Below are positions 13,557-27,697 of a DNA stretch of 64,000 nt, piece after piece. Below the pieces are notes generated by a model. That model searched no databases, had not been told where the DNA came from, and saw only the letters and a program-made list of their open reading frames with translations. Both the position numbers and the translations under genes were made by a program. Each line of letters opens with the position of its first letter. Position 1 is the first letter of the stretch. Source of the DNA: Selaginella moellendorffii (Eukaryota > Plantae > Lycopodiophyta); contig NW_003314267.1 in the NCBI RefSeq assembly GCF_000143415.4, positions 1,123,309 to 1,187,308 of the forward strand. The letters are read 5' to 3'.

Positions 13557-16190
13557 TTACTCGTTTTTCTTCTCCATGGCTCTCTTTGCGAGTTCGTATC
13601 CCGCAAAGTTCATAGCTCCCAGGGGCGCGATCCAGAAGAACCTGGGAACGGCGCCCTTGAAGAGCGCGAGGAGCCCCTCCTCGCTGACGATCTTCACTGT
13701 GACCGAGCTCATCGTCACGGGGATGCCCGGAGGCGATGTCATCATCCGTGTCTTCATGACGTCGAATGGAGTCGTAAACACGGCGGCGAGACCGCCCGAG
13801 AGGCCTCCTATCGCGATTACCTCCCATGGTGCCAATTCTCTCTTGATAACGTTCTGGACAACCTGTAAAGAAGAAAGAAATAAGATGCTTGGTCTCGAGC
13901 GAGAGAGTTCATTTACCTTTTTGGCTTCCTCGTAGATCATCATTCCAGCCACATAGAACGGCACTTCACGGCACAGTGTTGCTCCTGTCCCTCGGAAAAA
14001 TCCTTTCCACCCGTCCTTGCGAAGTGTTCCAGCGATCGCGACTCCAACGTTGTCGTAAAGACCAGCTTGTAGTCTTTGTTTCAGAACTTCGCAGGGGATT
14101 CGAATTGCGGTACCGAGGAATGTGCTACAGAATGACGCAAGAGATTGTACCTGGAAGAACAGCAGCGGCATTAGTTGGCCACAGGAAAACGGCAACGGAG
14201 ATCAGACCTGAAGCTCGGATACATTTGGAGCCACGTTGATTAGCAACAGCTTGCTAGCTTCAAAAATCCCAGTTCGAAGACCATGACTACAAACAGACAT
14301 AAATGTGTTAAATGAAGAGAAGAGAAAAACTCGGAAAACATTACCTCGAAAACTGGCCGATAATTGCAGGAGCAGAACCTCGGTACAAGCCTCTGATCCC
14401 GATGTTAGGAATGTTTGATATTAACTCTGAAAAGCTAAGAGTTGAGGACGCCTGTACTCTAGTCTGCACGGAAAGCAAAAGCACGAGTCAGACAACGCTC
14501 GCCATGAACAAGAACGTTCATTGCTCTTATAGTATTCACAGATACCAAAGCCCCAGGCAAAGTAAGAGAGAGGGTTAAAGCGTGCCTTTAGAGTGTCAAG
14601 CGGGTGTAGCAAGCTAGTCGATAAAGCGCAAGCCAAGCCACCAGCCAACGCAGATTTGAGGACGCTACCGGCAGGAACTTCTATAGGAGGAGACATGGGA
14701 ACAACGGTTGCAGCTTCATACCAGACCATCCTGCAATAGAGCCAAAATATTAAGAACAAAAAACTGCACACAGAGCCTTGTACCTCGGATCATCGAATAA
14801 GCGTTCAGGCGGAAGGAGCACCAAGAAGTTTCTGAACTGGCCATACGTGATGGAGCCTTCGGTATCCGAGTTGAGAATGCGCATCATCGCGGCGGCGTTT
14901 TCTTCAGTGGCCGGAAGACCAGCATTGCGGAGAAGTGTCAAAACCTGTCCCTTTTGCAAGGTCCCGGACTTGCTGACACTCAGGGAATTGAAAGCTCGAA
15001 GCATGACTGACTCCTTCTGTTCCATCAGCGTCAGGAACTCGCTCCAGCCAAACGATTTCTTCAACCAATGCTTCTTGGTTCTTCTCAAAAACTCCCGAGC
15101 ATAACGCTGAGGCAAACGCCTTTTCCTCATTGCCAGCTCCAAGTCCTCCAGAGTAACTTGACCGTCTTTATCGCGGTCAAGCTCATCAAACAATCTTCTC
15201 CCTGGAAACACAGCACAATAAGAAGAGAGTAAAAATCGAAAGCGGCTCACCTTCAGCTTCTGTATACTTGAAGAAATCTTCGACTGAGTACAGCTTTCTC
15301 TTGTCCGGAAAACTTTGAGGCGCTTTTCCTAGCAGTGGAACCAAGTCCATAATGTTCTCGATGTTTGGCAGCTTCACACTGAAACGAGGAATTCCACCTC
15401 TCGTGCGGTTCGTTTCAAACTGACTCTCGAGGGGGCTCTCTTCCTCGTAAGGTGACGGTTCTATAATGCTGGGCTCTCCTTGTACTCGTGCAAAGGCAGC
15501 GCCTTTCTTAAACCCGAAAATCTTCGTAAACGCAACGACGTCCCGCAGCATAAACCTCAGGAACACGGAGTTCTCCAGAAGAGTTTTTACGTCGAGTCTG
15601 CGTTCCATCGGACTGTCACGCGATGCCGGCTCCACCACATGAACAAGGAAACCTGGAAAAAGCTTAGAGACCGGCGATGCATTTTCTTCCTTGCTTTCAT
15701 CCGTTGCGACAGGAGCTTGCGTCACCTTCCTTGCAGGAACAAAGCTCGAGAACGTCCGGAAGAGGAACCCAGCGTGATGATCAGCAGCATTCACCACGGC
15801 GTTGCTGGCCCGAAAAACTGGATTGTAACACTGCGGCTGCTCGTCTCGGACCAAACCCCCGGAGCTCTTCTGGAAATGTTTAATCCCATCCAAGGGTAAG
15901 GACAGCCGGAGGAAATCGAAGGAACCCTGTTCCTTGACGCTGCCCTTCGCACCGCTCTCTTCTGCGGCCCCTGCCCAGCTCTTGATGGGCAGCCCAACAC
16001 TGGACAAGCTCGCCGAGAGCTGCTCGGTGAATTGCCCTAGAAAGGCTTGAATTTCCTGTTTCCCACATTCTAATCGATCTAGCTTGAATCGATTGACGAG
16101 CAAGACCTTGTAGACGAGATGGCTTTCAACTGAATCGAATGCGTGCTCGATCTGCCACGCCCTATCCTTGTCGCTGGGGGTATTCCTCAT
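13557..16190 (-). CDS. EF-hand-containing mitochondrial carrier family protein (SAM-carrier-like C-terminus). Exons 16190-15251, 15201-14784, 14730-14586, 14463-14345, 14286-14208, 14150-13917, 13862-13557
   Basis: EF-hand DRDKDGQVTLEDL. Three MCF signatures PLDTLKTR, PCEVLKQR and PFDVMKTR. Introns of 49, 53, 122 (GC-AG), 58, 57 and 54 nt join in frame to a TAA at 13557. The start codon is less certain. Confidence 0.9.
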
Positions 16191-16999
16191 CTTTTAGGCC
16201 GCTCCAACCACGGCATGGATCCTGCAAGAACGCCAATGCAGCTACGCAATCAGCCGCTCACCTCAAGAAATGCGCGGCGCCAAAACCCTCGCAAAACCCT
16301 GGCAGCTCGAAATTGTGTCCAATCTCCGCGCGATCGCCCGCGGCCAGAGATGATTTCCACGCTTCCCTAGCGATTGCGCGCCCTGCCGATCGAAATATCC
16401 AATGCCGCCCTAAAATCTCCCAAGCATGGGCGCCACACAGGGAAGCCGCCCAAAAGAAAATAGCAATGGATAAGCACCCCAAGGTATTTCTTCCCTAGCC
16501 ATAGCCGTAATTTTTACTTCGACTGTCATGACACGTGGCACCTTGCAGATCACGCCGCGTGGACAAAATGCGGACGTGGCGCAATTATCTTGTGGGGTTC
16601 ATCTCAAGTTGGCCCGAGCGATGGAATACCAAACCAAAGAAAAAGGTTTAGTTTGGTCTATCAAGAACATATACAATGAATCAAGATTTTTTCAGCTATA
16701 TAAAATAACTCTTTCATTTTTAGCAAACGCTAAGCAAAGCCTTTGACCACTAACACCAATACTTTGTTCAAGGGGGGGAAGTAATAGGTCCAAATTAAAC
16801 TCAAAAATATATTAAAGCATGGATTTAAGGTAACCTACCCTAAAGGCTCATGATGGAGTTAGTATGGTGGAGCTTTTGAGGTAGTTCAAGAGTGGTTAAA
16901 TGGTCAAGAGGAGCTATAGTATAATCTAAGTGAGGTTGTTTTGTTATTTAATAATGGGTCATAACACTTAACCACTCCTTAGCCCCCATTTTGGAACTT

Positions 17000-19900
17000 G
17001 CAAGAACTCAACGTAGCAGTTTGTAGCAGCAACTCGTGCCTAGAAGCATAAGGCCATAGCTGCCCTGGAATTAGATGGAAAGGCAGATCCAAATCCCAAG
17101 GATTTTGCTCCAATGATACTCACGGCATACAACCTATTGTTTCCTTCTATTTTTCCACTAGATCCAGCACACTAAAATGTCTTCTAGGACCAGATACTTA
17201 CACTAGAAGACATAACGGAAAACACTGTTTAGCACTTGCTTGACATCTAAGTATTTCTCTCGCTCACTGATGTTTTGTAAGTAACTCCAGGAATCGGGCA
17301 ATCATAGGTAATGGCTAGAGCATTTGGCCTGGCTCTTTCTCCCATTCTACTAGCACATCCAGTCCAGGCTGTGAGCAAAAAGGAGTCCTCAAATCTAAGA
17401 GCATTCATTATCCCAACAAGTATGGAATCTACTACCAATACTTTGGCCGATTCTAGATCCAACATAAACATTATCTCCTTGGATCTTGACTAATATGCTT
17501 TCCTTGGCATCTTCCTGCACTCCCCACTTCCTTGAAAAATATAAAAATTAGGAGTTAATGGAAATCCCTTTCCTTTCTTTTTCTCTCAAAACACAAAGCA
17601 TTTGCTTCATACACAACAACATCATGATAACATAAAAAGAGGTTGAAGAAACAATGAAATCTTTATTGACTCCACCAAAAGATTTACTCTTGATTATGTC
17701 ACTGTTCCACAAAATCCCTCCAAAGAAGTGTACAACAAAGATTTCCATGAGCAGATGATGCTCGGTGATCATGTGGAAAGCACCAATAGATCCTAAAGAG
17801 CACCCAATGGAATATGAGACATGGATCATGGAGGAGATCATCTAGAGTCTTGTCATGGAGAAATGAAGTCCAAAGTTTTTTTTCCTCCCTTGTTAACATC
17901 CCTTCTAAAGGCATCTAACTGGATTCAAATAGCAGCTCTATTATGACTAAATGCGGTACAATGGTCTAAAAAAACACTAGAAGCATCATATTGGCATGTG
18001 ATATTGGACAACTACACTTACAAATCTACAATACCATTCCAAAAACAACAAACAAGGTTTTTAAGCAAGCTGCTTGCCAAGGATGTGATGGCAATACTCT
18101 ATTGAATATAAAAAATTGGAACCTATCACAAAGTGATCGATGTACATGGAACCAACTTAGGCTATATTGCTGGAGTAACTGACTCCTTATTCTGGTACAT
18201 GCTAAACAATCTGGACAAATACTAGTCAGATCCAAGTTTGATATCATTAGATTGTCTATTGCACATTGCCAACCCACAGATGATTCTCTAAATTGAAGCC
18301 TTCTTACAGATCCATGAATAGATGAAAGTGGCAGTGATAGTGGTGGCAAAAAAGCTAGAAAACTCGAATCTAGAATTCATCCCGCACACCCAGACCAAGA
18401 TGAACATATGTAAATTCATCCCAGTCCAGCAATACATCCCCTATGTCCTCATGATGTGATGGTAGTGAGAGTAATGGAGCTTTCTCACCCATACCATCCT
18501 TGCAATGCACCCAATTACAGTCAAGAGGCCTTCCACCAAATCAGAAATGTGATTGCTATGATGGGCAAACCTCTATTGACATAACTTCATAAAAGACTGG
18601 CATGCCATCATCAATCTCCAAAACATCTAAGGCCATTGCATGCTCAAATAAATAGAGGCTACACAAGAGGCTTAGTGCAAAAAAATAGCAATAGAATAAT
18701 TTTGTTTTCTTCTTCCATACTTGGCTTCTAATAAAGATGTTCTTATATAGTGTACTCTACACTATATCCATAATTTGTCCAAGAGAAAATGTTTGGTCAA
18801 AAAGGGACTGGAATATGAACTAAAATTTGTTTACATTTGATATATCAATAACATCTATACCCTATTCAAGAAATGTTTGAAGTTGATTGTATTGGACTCT
18901 AACCTCTTGAGCCACTAGGATACCCTTGAATTTGTAAATGCAAACGATGGCCATGGGTGGGCCACCTTGACAAAACTAGCCATGTACATACATTGGATCC
19001 AAAGATCCTTGGCTCATGAGTACTTACCTTGGTTATTGAGAAAGGTTTTAAGCACATCACCCCTAAACCACTCCAAATAATGAAAATCATCTATGATGCT
19101 TAGGATAGCATTGCTAGTATCATCCTAGAAGTATACATCCAGAACTAGCAAAGCAATGAGATGGCTGTAAACAGCACATCAATCATTGGGTTCAACTGGC
19201 ACTCCATGCTTGCCAACTAACCCCAATGATAGATGTGATCCCTGAGACATAACAATAGCTTAAATGGATACATAAACATCTATACATTAGTGGCACTAAC
19301 ATAGTAGGTAATACACCTACTTTCTTTTGTGAAGTGTTAGCATAGGGAGAAGCACTAAAGCAGAAGAATAGTGAGGGCTTCTCACTTGCAATATTAGACA
19401 ATAATGTCCTAGAAACTCTCGAGACAATTGTGAAGCAGTTTCTTGGGGATCTACTTCCACAGGAATTCTCACAAACCTCCCATATCTTACAGGAATATAT
19501 AAGGGGCACAAAAACAAGATGCACTAGCTCATGAATATGGATGAGTGTGTGTTTTCAGAAATCAGTATATGCCTAACAACTGTCCTTAAGGGAATATAGG
19601 ATGAAATGTGGTAGATGATTTCTATGCATAAGTCAAGTTCTTTGGAGGAAAGATGAATGCATGTTGGAACCTTGAATCCATGCAGGAATTTGCCATTAAC
19701 CTCCCCAATAGAATTATAACAATCTTTACTAGTGACATTACTAAATACTATAAAGTAATCCCCTTGGAGGGAGACCAAGGCTTCACCATAGCCACGACAC
19801 ACCTTATCAATCTGGCCTTCACACATCAGAACCACCTCCAAAATGATTTGTTCCTGAAATAGAAAAAGAATGATGATTTCAAGGAACCTCTATGCTATTC

Positions 19901-20743
19901 ATTTGTTAAGGTTACCACAATGGAACCAATGAAGATCATTGAGTTAAACATCTTTATTATCTAGCATACATATCTTCACTTGGTTAAAAGAGTTTGGAGA
20001 CAAGTCCATGGAATTTTAATGAGCTTCTCATATCCACCATTATAGTGCAATCTATATTGCTTTTACTTCGAATATAAATTTCTCATTTGGCTTGCATGAA
20101 TAGACTGGTATGATTTATTTCACCTTTTTAAGCACACCTTCAGGTATATGGATAATCTAATCTCAATGAATAATTGTATGATCCTTCATTTTCTTGACCT
20201 GAACCAAACAAGTCAGAAGGGTAACCATTCTGGATCTATCCATTGCAGCAATGTAAAACAAAATGGATAATCTCTTTATTAATTTTGATGGCTCACTCAT
20301 AAATCTGTCGGCTCATTTCCTAAGCCTTTCTAATCATAAGGGTTCATGGTACTTTCTTGACAATAAAGTATGACAAATGATGATCACTTCCATTCTAGAT
20401 CTCAATGTCCATCCATCTAGACTCAAACCAACCTATGGTAAATGCCTCCAAGGTCATCCTTAGACAAGTCTTTGCTCTCTTCCACATGATAAACACTGCT
20501 AACAGTGTCATCCTTGAGATTGATAATCTCGTGGAATGCTTTGTAGCAAATCAATTCCATTGATATGCACTTAGATGACTCATCCTCCGTGGTCTCGACC
20601 AGATTATATTAATTGGCCTACTGACACTAATGTATACAGCTTTGATCTCTGGAGAGAGCCAATTAATCATTGACCATAGTTTGATGACTCGGAAATCTCA
20701 CACCATGAGAGACATTTTTACATACCATTTCATGAATGTCTAA
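17000..20743 (-). pseudogene. Heavily degenerate, unidentified repeat-derived coding relic; target of the 20749 insertion
   Basis: Short broken Cys/His-rich ORFs. 17777-17890 is also found at ~7001-7115, so the sequence is repetitive. Family not recognised. Confidence 0.3.
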
Positions 20744-21752
20744 TCCACTGTAAGCGACTAAATTTTCCATTCTACTTTAGTCACTTAACCACACCTCCGA
20801 CCACTTGGAGGAGTCTCATTCACAACCTCCATCAGTCCAATTCAGGACTTGGGACTTGCTAGCCCCAAGAATGGCATCCATGCCACTCCACACTTGCACC
20901 TGGTCCAAGTGCTCCACGTGTCCGGTCCTGAGACCGACACCCAAAGGTACCACTAACATCTCGGCCCGTTACGCTAAGGCCATGGCCATTCACCTTTGCT
21001 GCACTAGTGGTTCAACACCACTTGCATCACCAACCCGTCTCTCCAAGACTGGGCCATGTGTCCACGAGTGGTCATCCTAGATCCACTCCTTAGCATCCTT
21101 AGGATGCCCACAGACCTGGGGAGTTGCCTTCCCCAAAGTCCCTTTGTCAGTTCCTACCAAGTCCCTTTCTGCCCCTGGCCGTGTTTGCCAACACTGCCAC
21201 TGGATCGAGGCCCACATGCCCGACCACTAAGTCCCACGGTCCTCTGGGACTTCCTCACCACATGACTGTGTCCTTGGTCACTACCCCAGAGGACTGCTCC
21301 TCTTCCTTTCCACAGTCTGGGCCTTTGGGACAACATTTCGGAACACCGTGGCCTTACGCGAGCCACCTGGGTACTCTCCCCACCTATCGCCTTTAGGTGC
21401 TCTAGCCATGGGCTTAGAGCGAGGTTCCATTGAGCCACGCTTGGTATCCAAGTAGGTAGTGCCACCCACACTTGGACTGGGAGCATCGGCCAGTCGATCT
21501 CCCGGGGGAACTAGAGCCGGCTCTTGAACACTTCACCAAGCTACCCCGCTTGTCGGTCCGTGTTCACTCTAGTCTTGGACTTCCCAGTGGGCAGCTCATC
21601 ACCCAACACTGGGTCCGGCCTTCCTGGGCCAAACTGGCCTTTTCTGGCCAAACTGGCTCCACTGCAGTCCTCCCCCCTACTATACTTTTGGGGCTCACCA
21701 AACCCCCCAGGGTCTGGGAGACGAACGCTTTGGGCTTTCACCCTCTCAGGCT

Positions 21753-22372
21753 CCGGACTCGGACTCAGACTCGGACTCGGACTCGGACTCGGATTCGGAC
21801 TCGGACTCGGGCTCGGGCTCGGTCTCGGCCTCGGCCTCGGTCTCGGTCTCGGTCCCGATCTCGGTCTCGGTCTCGGTCTTGGTCCCGGTCTCGGTCCCGG
21901 TCTCGGTCTCGACTTCGGACTCCATCTCGGACTCCATCTCGGACTCCATCTCGGACTCCATCTCGGGTCCATCTCGGGTCCATCTCGGACTCCATCTCGG
22001 ACTCCATCTCGGGTCCATCTCGGACTCCATCTCGGACTCCATCTCGGACTCCATCTCGGGTCCATCTCGGGTCCATCTCGGACTCCATCTCGGACTCCAT
22101 CTCGGACTCCATCTCGGGTCCATCTCGGACTCCATCTCGGACTCCATTTCGGGTCCATCTCGGGTCCACCTCGGACTCCATCTCGGACTCCATCTCGGGT
22201 CCATCTCGGACTCCACTTCGGACTCCAACTCGGGTCCATCTCGGGTCCACCTCGGACTCCATCTCGGACTCCATCTCGGACTCCATCTCGGACTCCACTT
22301 CGGACTCCAACTCGGGTCCATCTCGAGTCCACCTCGGACTCCACTTCGGACTCCAACTCGGGTCCATCTCGG
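21753..22372. repeat. LTR-internal tandem array: hexamers (ACTCGG/GGTCTC), then 12-mer GGACTCCATCTC mixed with 11-mer GGGTCCATCTC
   Basis: Read directly from the sequence; it produces the RS/SPRW/MESE repeat ORFs in the track. Confidence 0.95.
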
Positions 22373-25300
22373 ACACTCCCACGTGTCATGTGTTGGTCCT
22401 TTTGGGTCCCTTTTTGGAGCCTCGCCTTTTGCTCGCTTCGTGCTTGTTCCTCGAGCACTTCGTTGGGAGTTCCACTCCTGCTCTTGACTTTTCAAGTCGG
22501 AGCTTTTGGTCCAAACGTGTTACGCTCGTTTGGCTCTTGCTTCGGCCACTACCATGTGGCGCCCTTCCGGCTCCACTTTGGGGCCTAGGGATTTTGTGTC
22601 TCACAACTCCACCACCCATAGACAAAGTTCGATGTCCTCATCGAACGGTAAACCATTTTGTAAAGTAACACTCGTATGTGTTACCATTTCCATCCTTGGC
22701 ACCTAGCCAATATTTGTCAATGGTTTGACATTGAAGGCTCACCATGCCTTTTGCATATGCCTCAATGGTTTGACACCAAAGGCTCACCATGCCTTGTCCA
22801 TCCTTTAAGGAGCGTAGTCTCTCCAACTTAGAGACTGATTGGACCACATGTAATGGTTCTCTCCTTTTATTGGTTTAGTTCTCGCAAAACCTCTTAGAGA
22901 CCCTTCTCTAAGTCAATCCCACTACTCCTTCTCGAGTAGTCTCAATTTCCATCTATTGAATGTTTGCACCTTGGAACTTTTACTCTTTTGACTTTTTGGG
23001 AGTCAATTTCCTAGGTGTCTCCAACACCTTGCATTGCACAGATTGTGCAACTCCACTTCCCTATCCTAGGAAGTTCATTACTTGAGGGCACCATCATCCT
23101 CTCTTCTATTTCGTGCCACCTTGGTCAAAGTTCCATTTATCATACTTTGTGCTAGGGCTGTCCATGGCCCTATCATTTGGCTACCTTACCGCTCCCTCAC
23201 TTGGAGCCTTTACTTCGCCAAATTGGAGCACTTAGGAATCTGTCCTTGAAAGTCTGCTTCCTTTCCCACAAGCTGTTAGCATCAAACACATTAGTGTTCC
23301 TTGGCTAACTTTGCCATTTGGATCCCTTCCATTAAATTCCATGGCCCAAACTTTGGCCACTAGTCCTTTGCTCCTATCCTTGGTTGTTGCACCCAGCAAC
23401 ATCGGATCGCTACCTCCATTTTTGAGGTATCCTTTCGGTTCCATAGCAAAGACTCTTCTTTGCCAAGTCCGGAGGATGTTCACCCCTAGTATGTCTCTTT
23501 AGCATATTCTGCTATGGGCTCTATCCATGGCCCAACTTCGTGACCCTCCCATGGGTCTTTTATAGAGACTACTTTCCTCGGACTTACTATGCCATCGGAC
23601 GGACATAGTTTATTTCCCTTAGGTGCTCTTCCCACTTGGTCATCACGACCAAGCCACACCATCTTAAACAGTTCAATTTCAACATTTTGAACCAGGAACT
23701 TCATTCCTTAGCCAACCAAGGACCTTGTCCTTATCTGGCCATAAGATCACCTAGTGATCTCACCTTGGCACCTCAACAGAGTTGCCAAGAGGTACTTGGT
23801 CTTCTAGACCTCCAAGTTGTTGACTATAACCCCGGGGGCATCCCCCACACTTGGCGGTGCACCCAAGCTAGCCCTTACGGCCAAGGGTTCATAACAACTG
23901 AGATTAGGTGTCCCCATCTCACTCACCACGACCTTGGTGCCACTTGCACCAAAGCGTTCAAGTTAGATATGCCGAGCTTTCACACTAAGCAATCTAACCG
24001 TGCATCACGACTCCGAGGCATCCCTCGCTTGGCGGTGTGCCCAAACCAGTCTCCCCACTGAGAGTCCATGACCACCGAAATATGAGTGTCCTCATATTCC
24101 AAACCATCACCACGCCCTAGTGATTTGGGACTCGAACCCAAGCACTAGAGGGTCGGGACTCGAACCCAACCTCCGTATATGCATCTACGGACGGCATCAC
24201 ACTAGATGCCTGGCGTGCACCAACCTATTTTTAAAGCGCGCTACAGATCACAGCTTAGGAACCTAGTTCCTCCACACTGCCAAGTCCTCTCACTTGACAT
24301 GTCTGTGATCATGCATGGAATCCTCCATGCTCGGCCCCATGGCCCACCCTTTTTGAAGTTATCACCTTCAACTAGGGTCTTTGTTTCCCCGACGTGCCAA
24401 TCTCACTTGGCAAGTCCTCCGACCATTGTAACATGGTTCCTGCATAAGTGTGAAAGTCCTTGACCATCGACTTTCGTTCAAAGCCCTCTCTTTGAACACT
24501 CGGGAACTACTTCCCTAACCTTGATAACCTTGCCTCATGGCAAGCTTCAAGACCACGCTTCTGCTGCGCCACTCTGATTTCGCGCGTTCCATGAACCATT
24601 TACACTTGGCCTTTCTAGGTACTATGCTACCTAGAATCGTCTTTGGGAACCTTGAAGGAACTCTGTCCCTCAGCTTGCTAAGGCCTCCCCTTTCGCAAGC
24701 TTTATAGTTGCCATATAGTCTAACATGGATAATTCCATATTTTAGACTCTCCATGGCATCACGGTTGCTAGCAACAACATCCTCGAGCACCCTCTTGATT
24801 CTCCACTCCCAACTTTCATAACCACTGTTGGATATGCCCTTTGATTTCTATGGTTCGATTCCATCCCAATACTACTTGCCTTTGGCTTCACACCTTTCCT
24901 TCGGTCATTCTCCTCCAGACCGGGAGGATAGCTTTGCACTTTCTATCATGCCTTAGCAAGTATTCTTAGGGATGAACCTACCCAATAGCCTAGGGAGTGG
25001 TTCCTCAATCCGGGTATGCTCACCTTATAATCCCACACACTGGGGTTACATTGTTGCTTATGGGCCTTTACATGCCCATCACTAGCCTTGCCAAAATTCC
25101 ATTTTTGGCTTTGTCCAACTTGGGTAGACAGTCCTCTCCTATCTCCGCAACCTTGGACATTTGGATAGCACCTTCTATCCATCATTCGCTAGGGACTTAG
25201 TCCCTTGGGCTTTATCCATTGCCCTCGCGACATCAAACACCACCTTCTGGTGTTCTAGAGTGTTCGGGTGTCCCAATGATGGCTTTCTTGACAATGAGTA

Positions 25301-26678
25301 TTTCCTTTTATGACATTGACTTACTATATCGCAACATAAGCAACTTATCCCCCGTAAGGGTATATCCGACTTCCCTATACTAGAAGTCTTGGGTAGCTAC
25401 CTTCTACCCGTTTAACCAGTTATTTTGCACCTCTTGCTTAGTTGCCTCATAGTTGTCAAGTCCTACAACTCATTGCTTGGTGCTTTCACACCTCCATCAT
25501 TATCTGGGTCACCACGCTCCAACTGCATGCTCTGCAGCTTAGGCTATGCCATTCCCATTTCCATTGGGATTCCTTTGGCAAGGGGTTCTCATGAACCCAC
25601 CAACATAGCCTCAAGGTATCACACCTTGGCACATTTGGTGTCTCCACACCATCGGCTCCACGAGCCTACCTCTATGATATTTCCCTTCGTGTCTAAGTCT
25701 TTGCCAAGACCAACACCGCTCTTTCTCATGCCAACTATCTGTTAGCACTGCCCCATAGAGGTCACACACAACTTTATGTCAAAGTTGTTTTCTTCTGGGA
25801 ACACCCTTCCCATAACTTTAGCATGGCACATTTTGCCATCGATAAGATACCCTCTGTTCTCATCCTTGGATCCTATGATCCCCCCCCATCCTTTGTGGGG
25901 TACAACACACCTCAGTCCAAATGCTTCCATCAGTCCTTTTAGGACCATCCCTTGACTCTACTTGAGTCATCTAGCAGTTTTGGACTTGGTTAATCCACAG
26001 ACCCGTAAGGTCCTACTTGTGAGGCACTAGCTCACTGGAATACACTTCTTGCATTCCTGTCCTACTCAAAAGGACTATTTTCACAAGTGTTACTCCGACA
26101 CTTGATTTTGTTCTCTGGGGGCAACCTTTGCCCCTTAGGACTACTTGTCCATGTGATGAGAATACCAACTCATCCACTTAATACACCCCCAACTCCTTGG
26201 GTTGTTCCAGCATTTATTAGAGGTAGCCCCGGCTACCATTTCAAGGACTTGAGTCCTCTTCCGTATTTGACCTTCCACGGTCATTACCTTTGGTCTCACA
26301 TTCATGAGCACCAACCTCAACTATATGAGGATAATCTTGTGACTCCTTTATTGTTTTGGAGTCTCTATCTTTCCCGTGATCCCAACTTTAGTTGTTTACC
26401 ACAACAACCTAAGCCAATTTGCTGAGACAAATGCTCATCCGGATCACATCCTCAACTCAATGAGGAAAACCTTGCACTGTTCCCAAGATCCCAAAGTCGT
26501 TCCATTATTGGCCCTTTTCTATCCACCACCTCGTCTACAAGTTCACACATGAACTGTAATGGAGAGCCATGTCTTCCAGACTTGCTACTCCTCAAGGATA
26601 GGCCCACTCCTCGGACCTTCCGATGCCAACACTAGTGGTGATATACTTGAGCACCAATAAAAGTCGGACTAAGGAACA

Positions 26679-26690
26679 GCTCCGATACCA
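26679..26690 (-). promoter_or_regulatory. Primer binding site (tRNA-iMet type) of the LARD
   Basis: TGGTATCGGAGC, 3 nt inside the 5' LTR; one mismatch to TGGTATCAGAGC. Confidence 0.85.
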
Positions 26691-27697
26691 AATTGTAAGC
26701 GACTAAATTTTCCATTCTACTTTAGTCACTTAACCACACCTCCGACCACTTGGAGGAGTCTCATTCACAACCTCCATCAGTCCAATTCAGGACTTGGGAC
26801 TTGCTAGCCCCAAGAATGGCATCCATGCCACTCCACACTTGCACCTGGTCCAAGTGCTCCACGTGTCCGGTCCTGAGACCGACACCCAAAGGTACCACTA
26901 ACATCTCGGCCCGTTACGCTAAGGCCATGGCCATTCACCTTTGCTGCACTAGTGGTTCAACACCACTTGCATCACCAACCCGTCTCTCCAAGACTGGGCC
27001 ATGTGTCCACAAGTGGTCATCCTAGATCCACTCCTTAGCATCCTTAGGATGCCCACAGACCTGGGGAGTTGCCTTCCCCAAAGTCCCTTTGTCAGTTCCT
27101 ACCAAGTCCCTTTCTGCCCCTGGCCGTGTTTGCCAACACTGCCACTGGATCGAGGCCCACATGCCCGACCACTAAGTCCCACGGTCCTCTGGGACTTCCT
27201 CACCACATGACTGTGTCCTTGGTCACTACCCCAGAGGACTGCTCCTCTTCCTTTCCACAGTCTGGGCCTTTGGGACAACATTTCGGAACACCGTGGCCTT
27301 ACGCGAGCCACCTGGGTACTCTCCCCACCTATCGCCTTTAGGTGCTCTAGCCATGGGCTTAGAGCGAGGTTCCATTGAGCCACGCTTGGTATCCAAGTAG
27401 GTAGTGCCACCCACACTTGGACTGGGAGCATCGGCCAGTCGATCTCCCGGGGGAACTAGAGCCGGCTCTTGAACACTTCACCAAGCTACCCCGCTTGTCG
27501 GTCCGTGTTCACTCTAGTCTTGGACTTCCCAGTGGGCAGCTCATCACCCAACACTGGGTCCGGCCTTCCTGGGCCAAACTGGCCTTTTCTGGCCAAACTG
27601 GCTCCACTGCAGTCCTCCCCCCTACTATACTTTTGGGGCTCACCAAACCCCCCAGGGTCTGGGAGACGAACGCTTTGGGCTTTCACCCTCTCAGGCT

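Noticed and set aside
12708-13935. Antisense ORFs over the PPR relic and the carrier's last exon
   Set aside because: GC-rich shadow frames of the real coding strands.
21472-22668. 200-400 aa RS/SPRW/MESE ORFs as SR or protamine-like genes (also 27417-28610, 32.4-33.0 kb, 36.6-37.1 kb)
   Set aside because: By-products of stop-free tandem units, open in all frames and broken in older copies.
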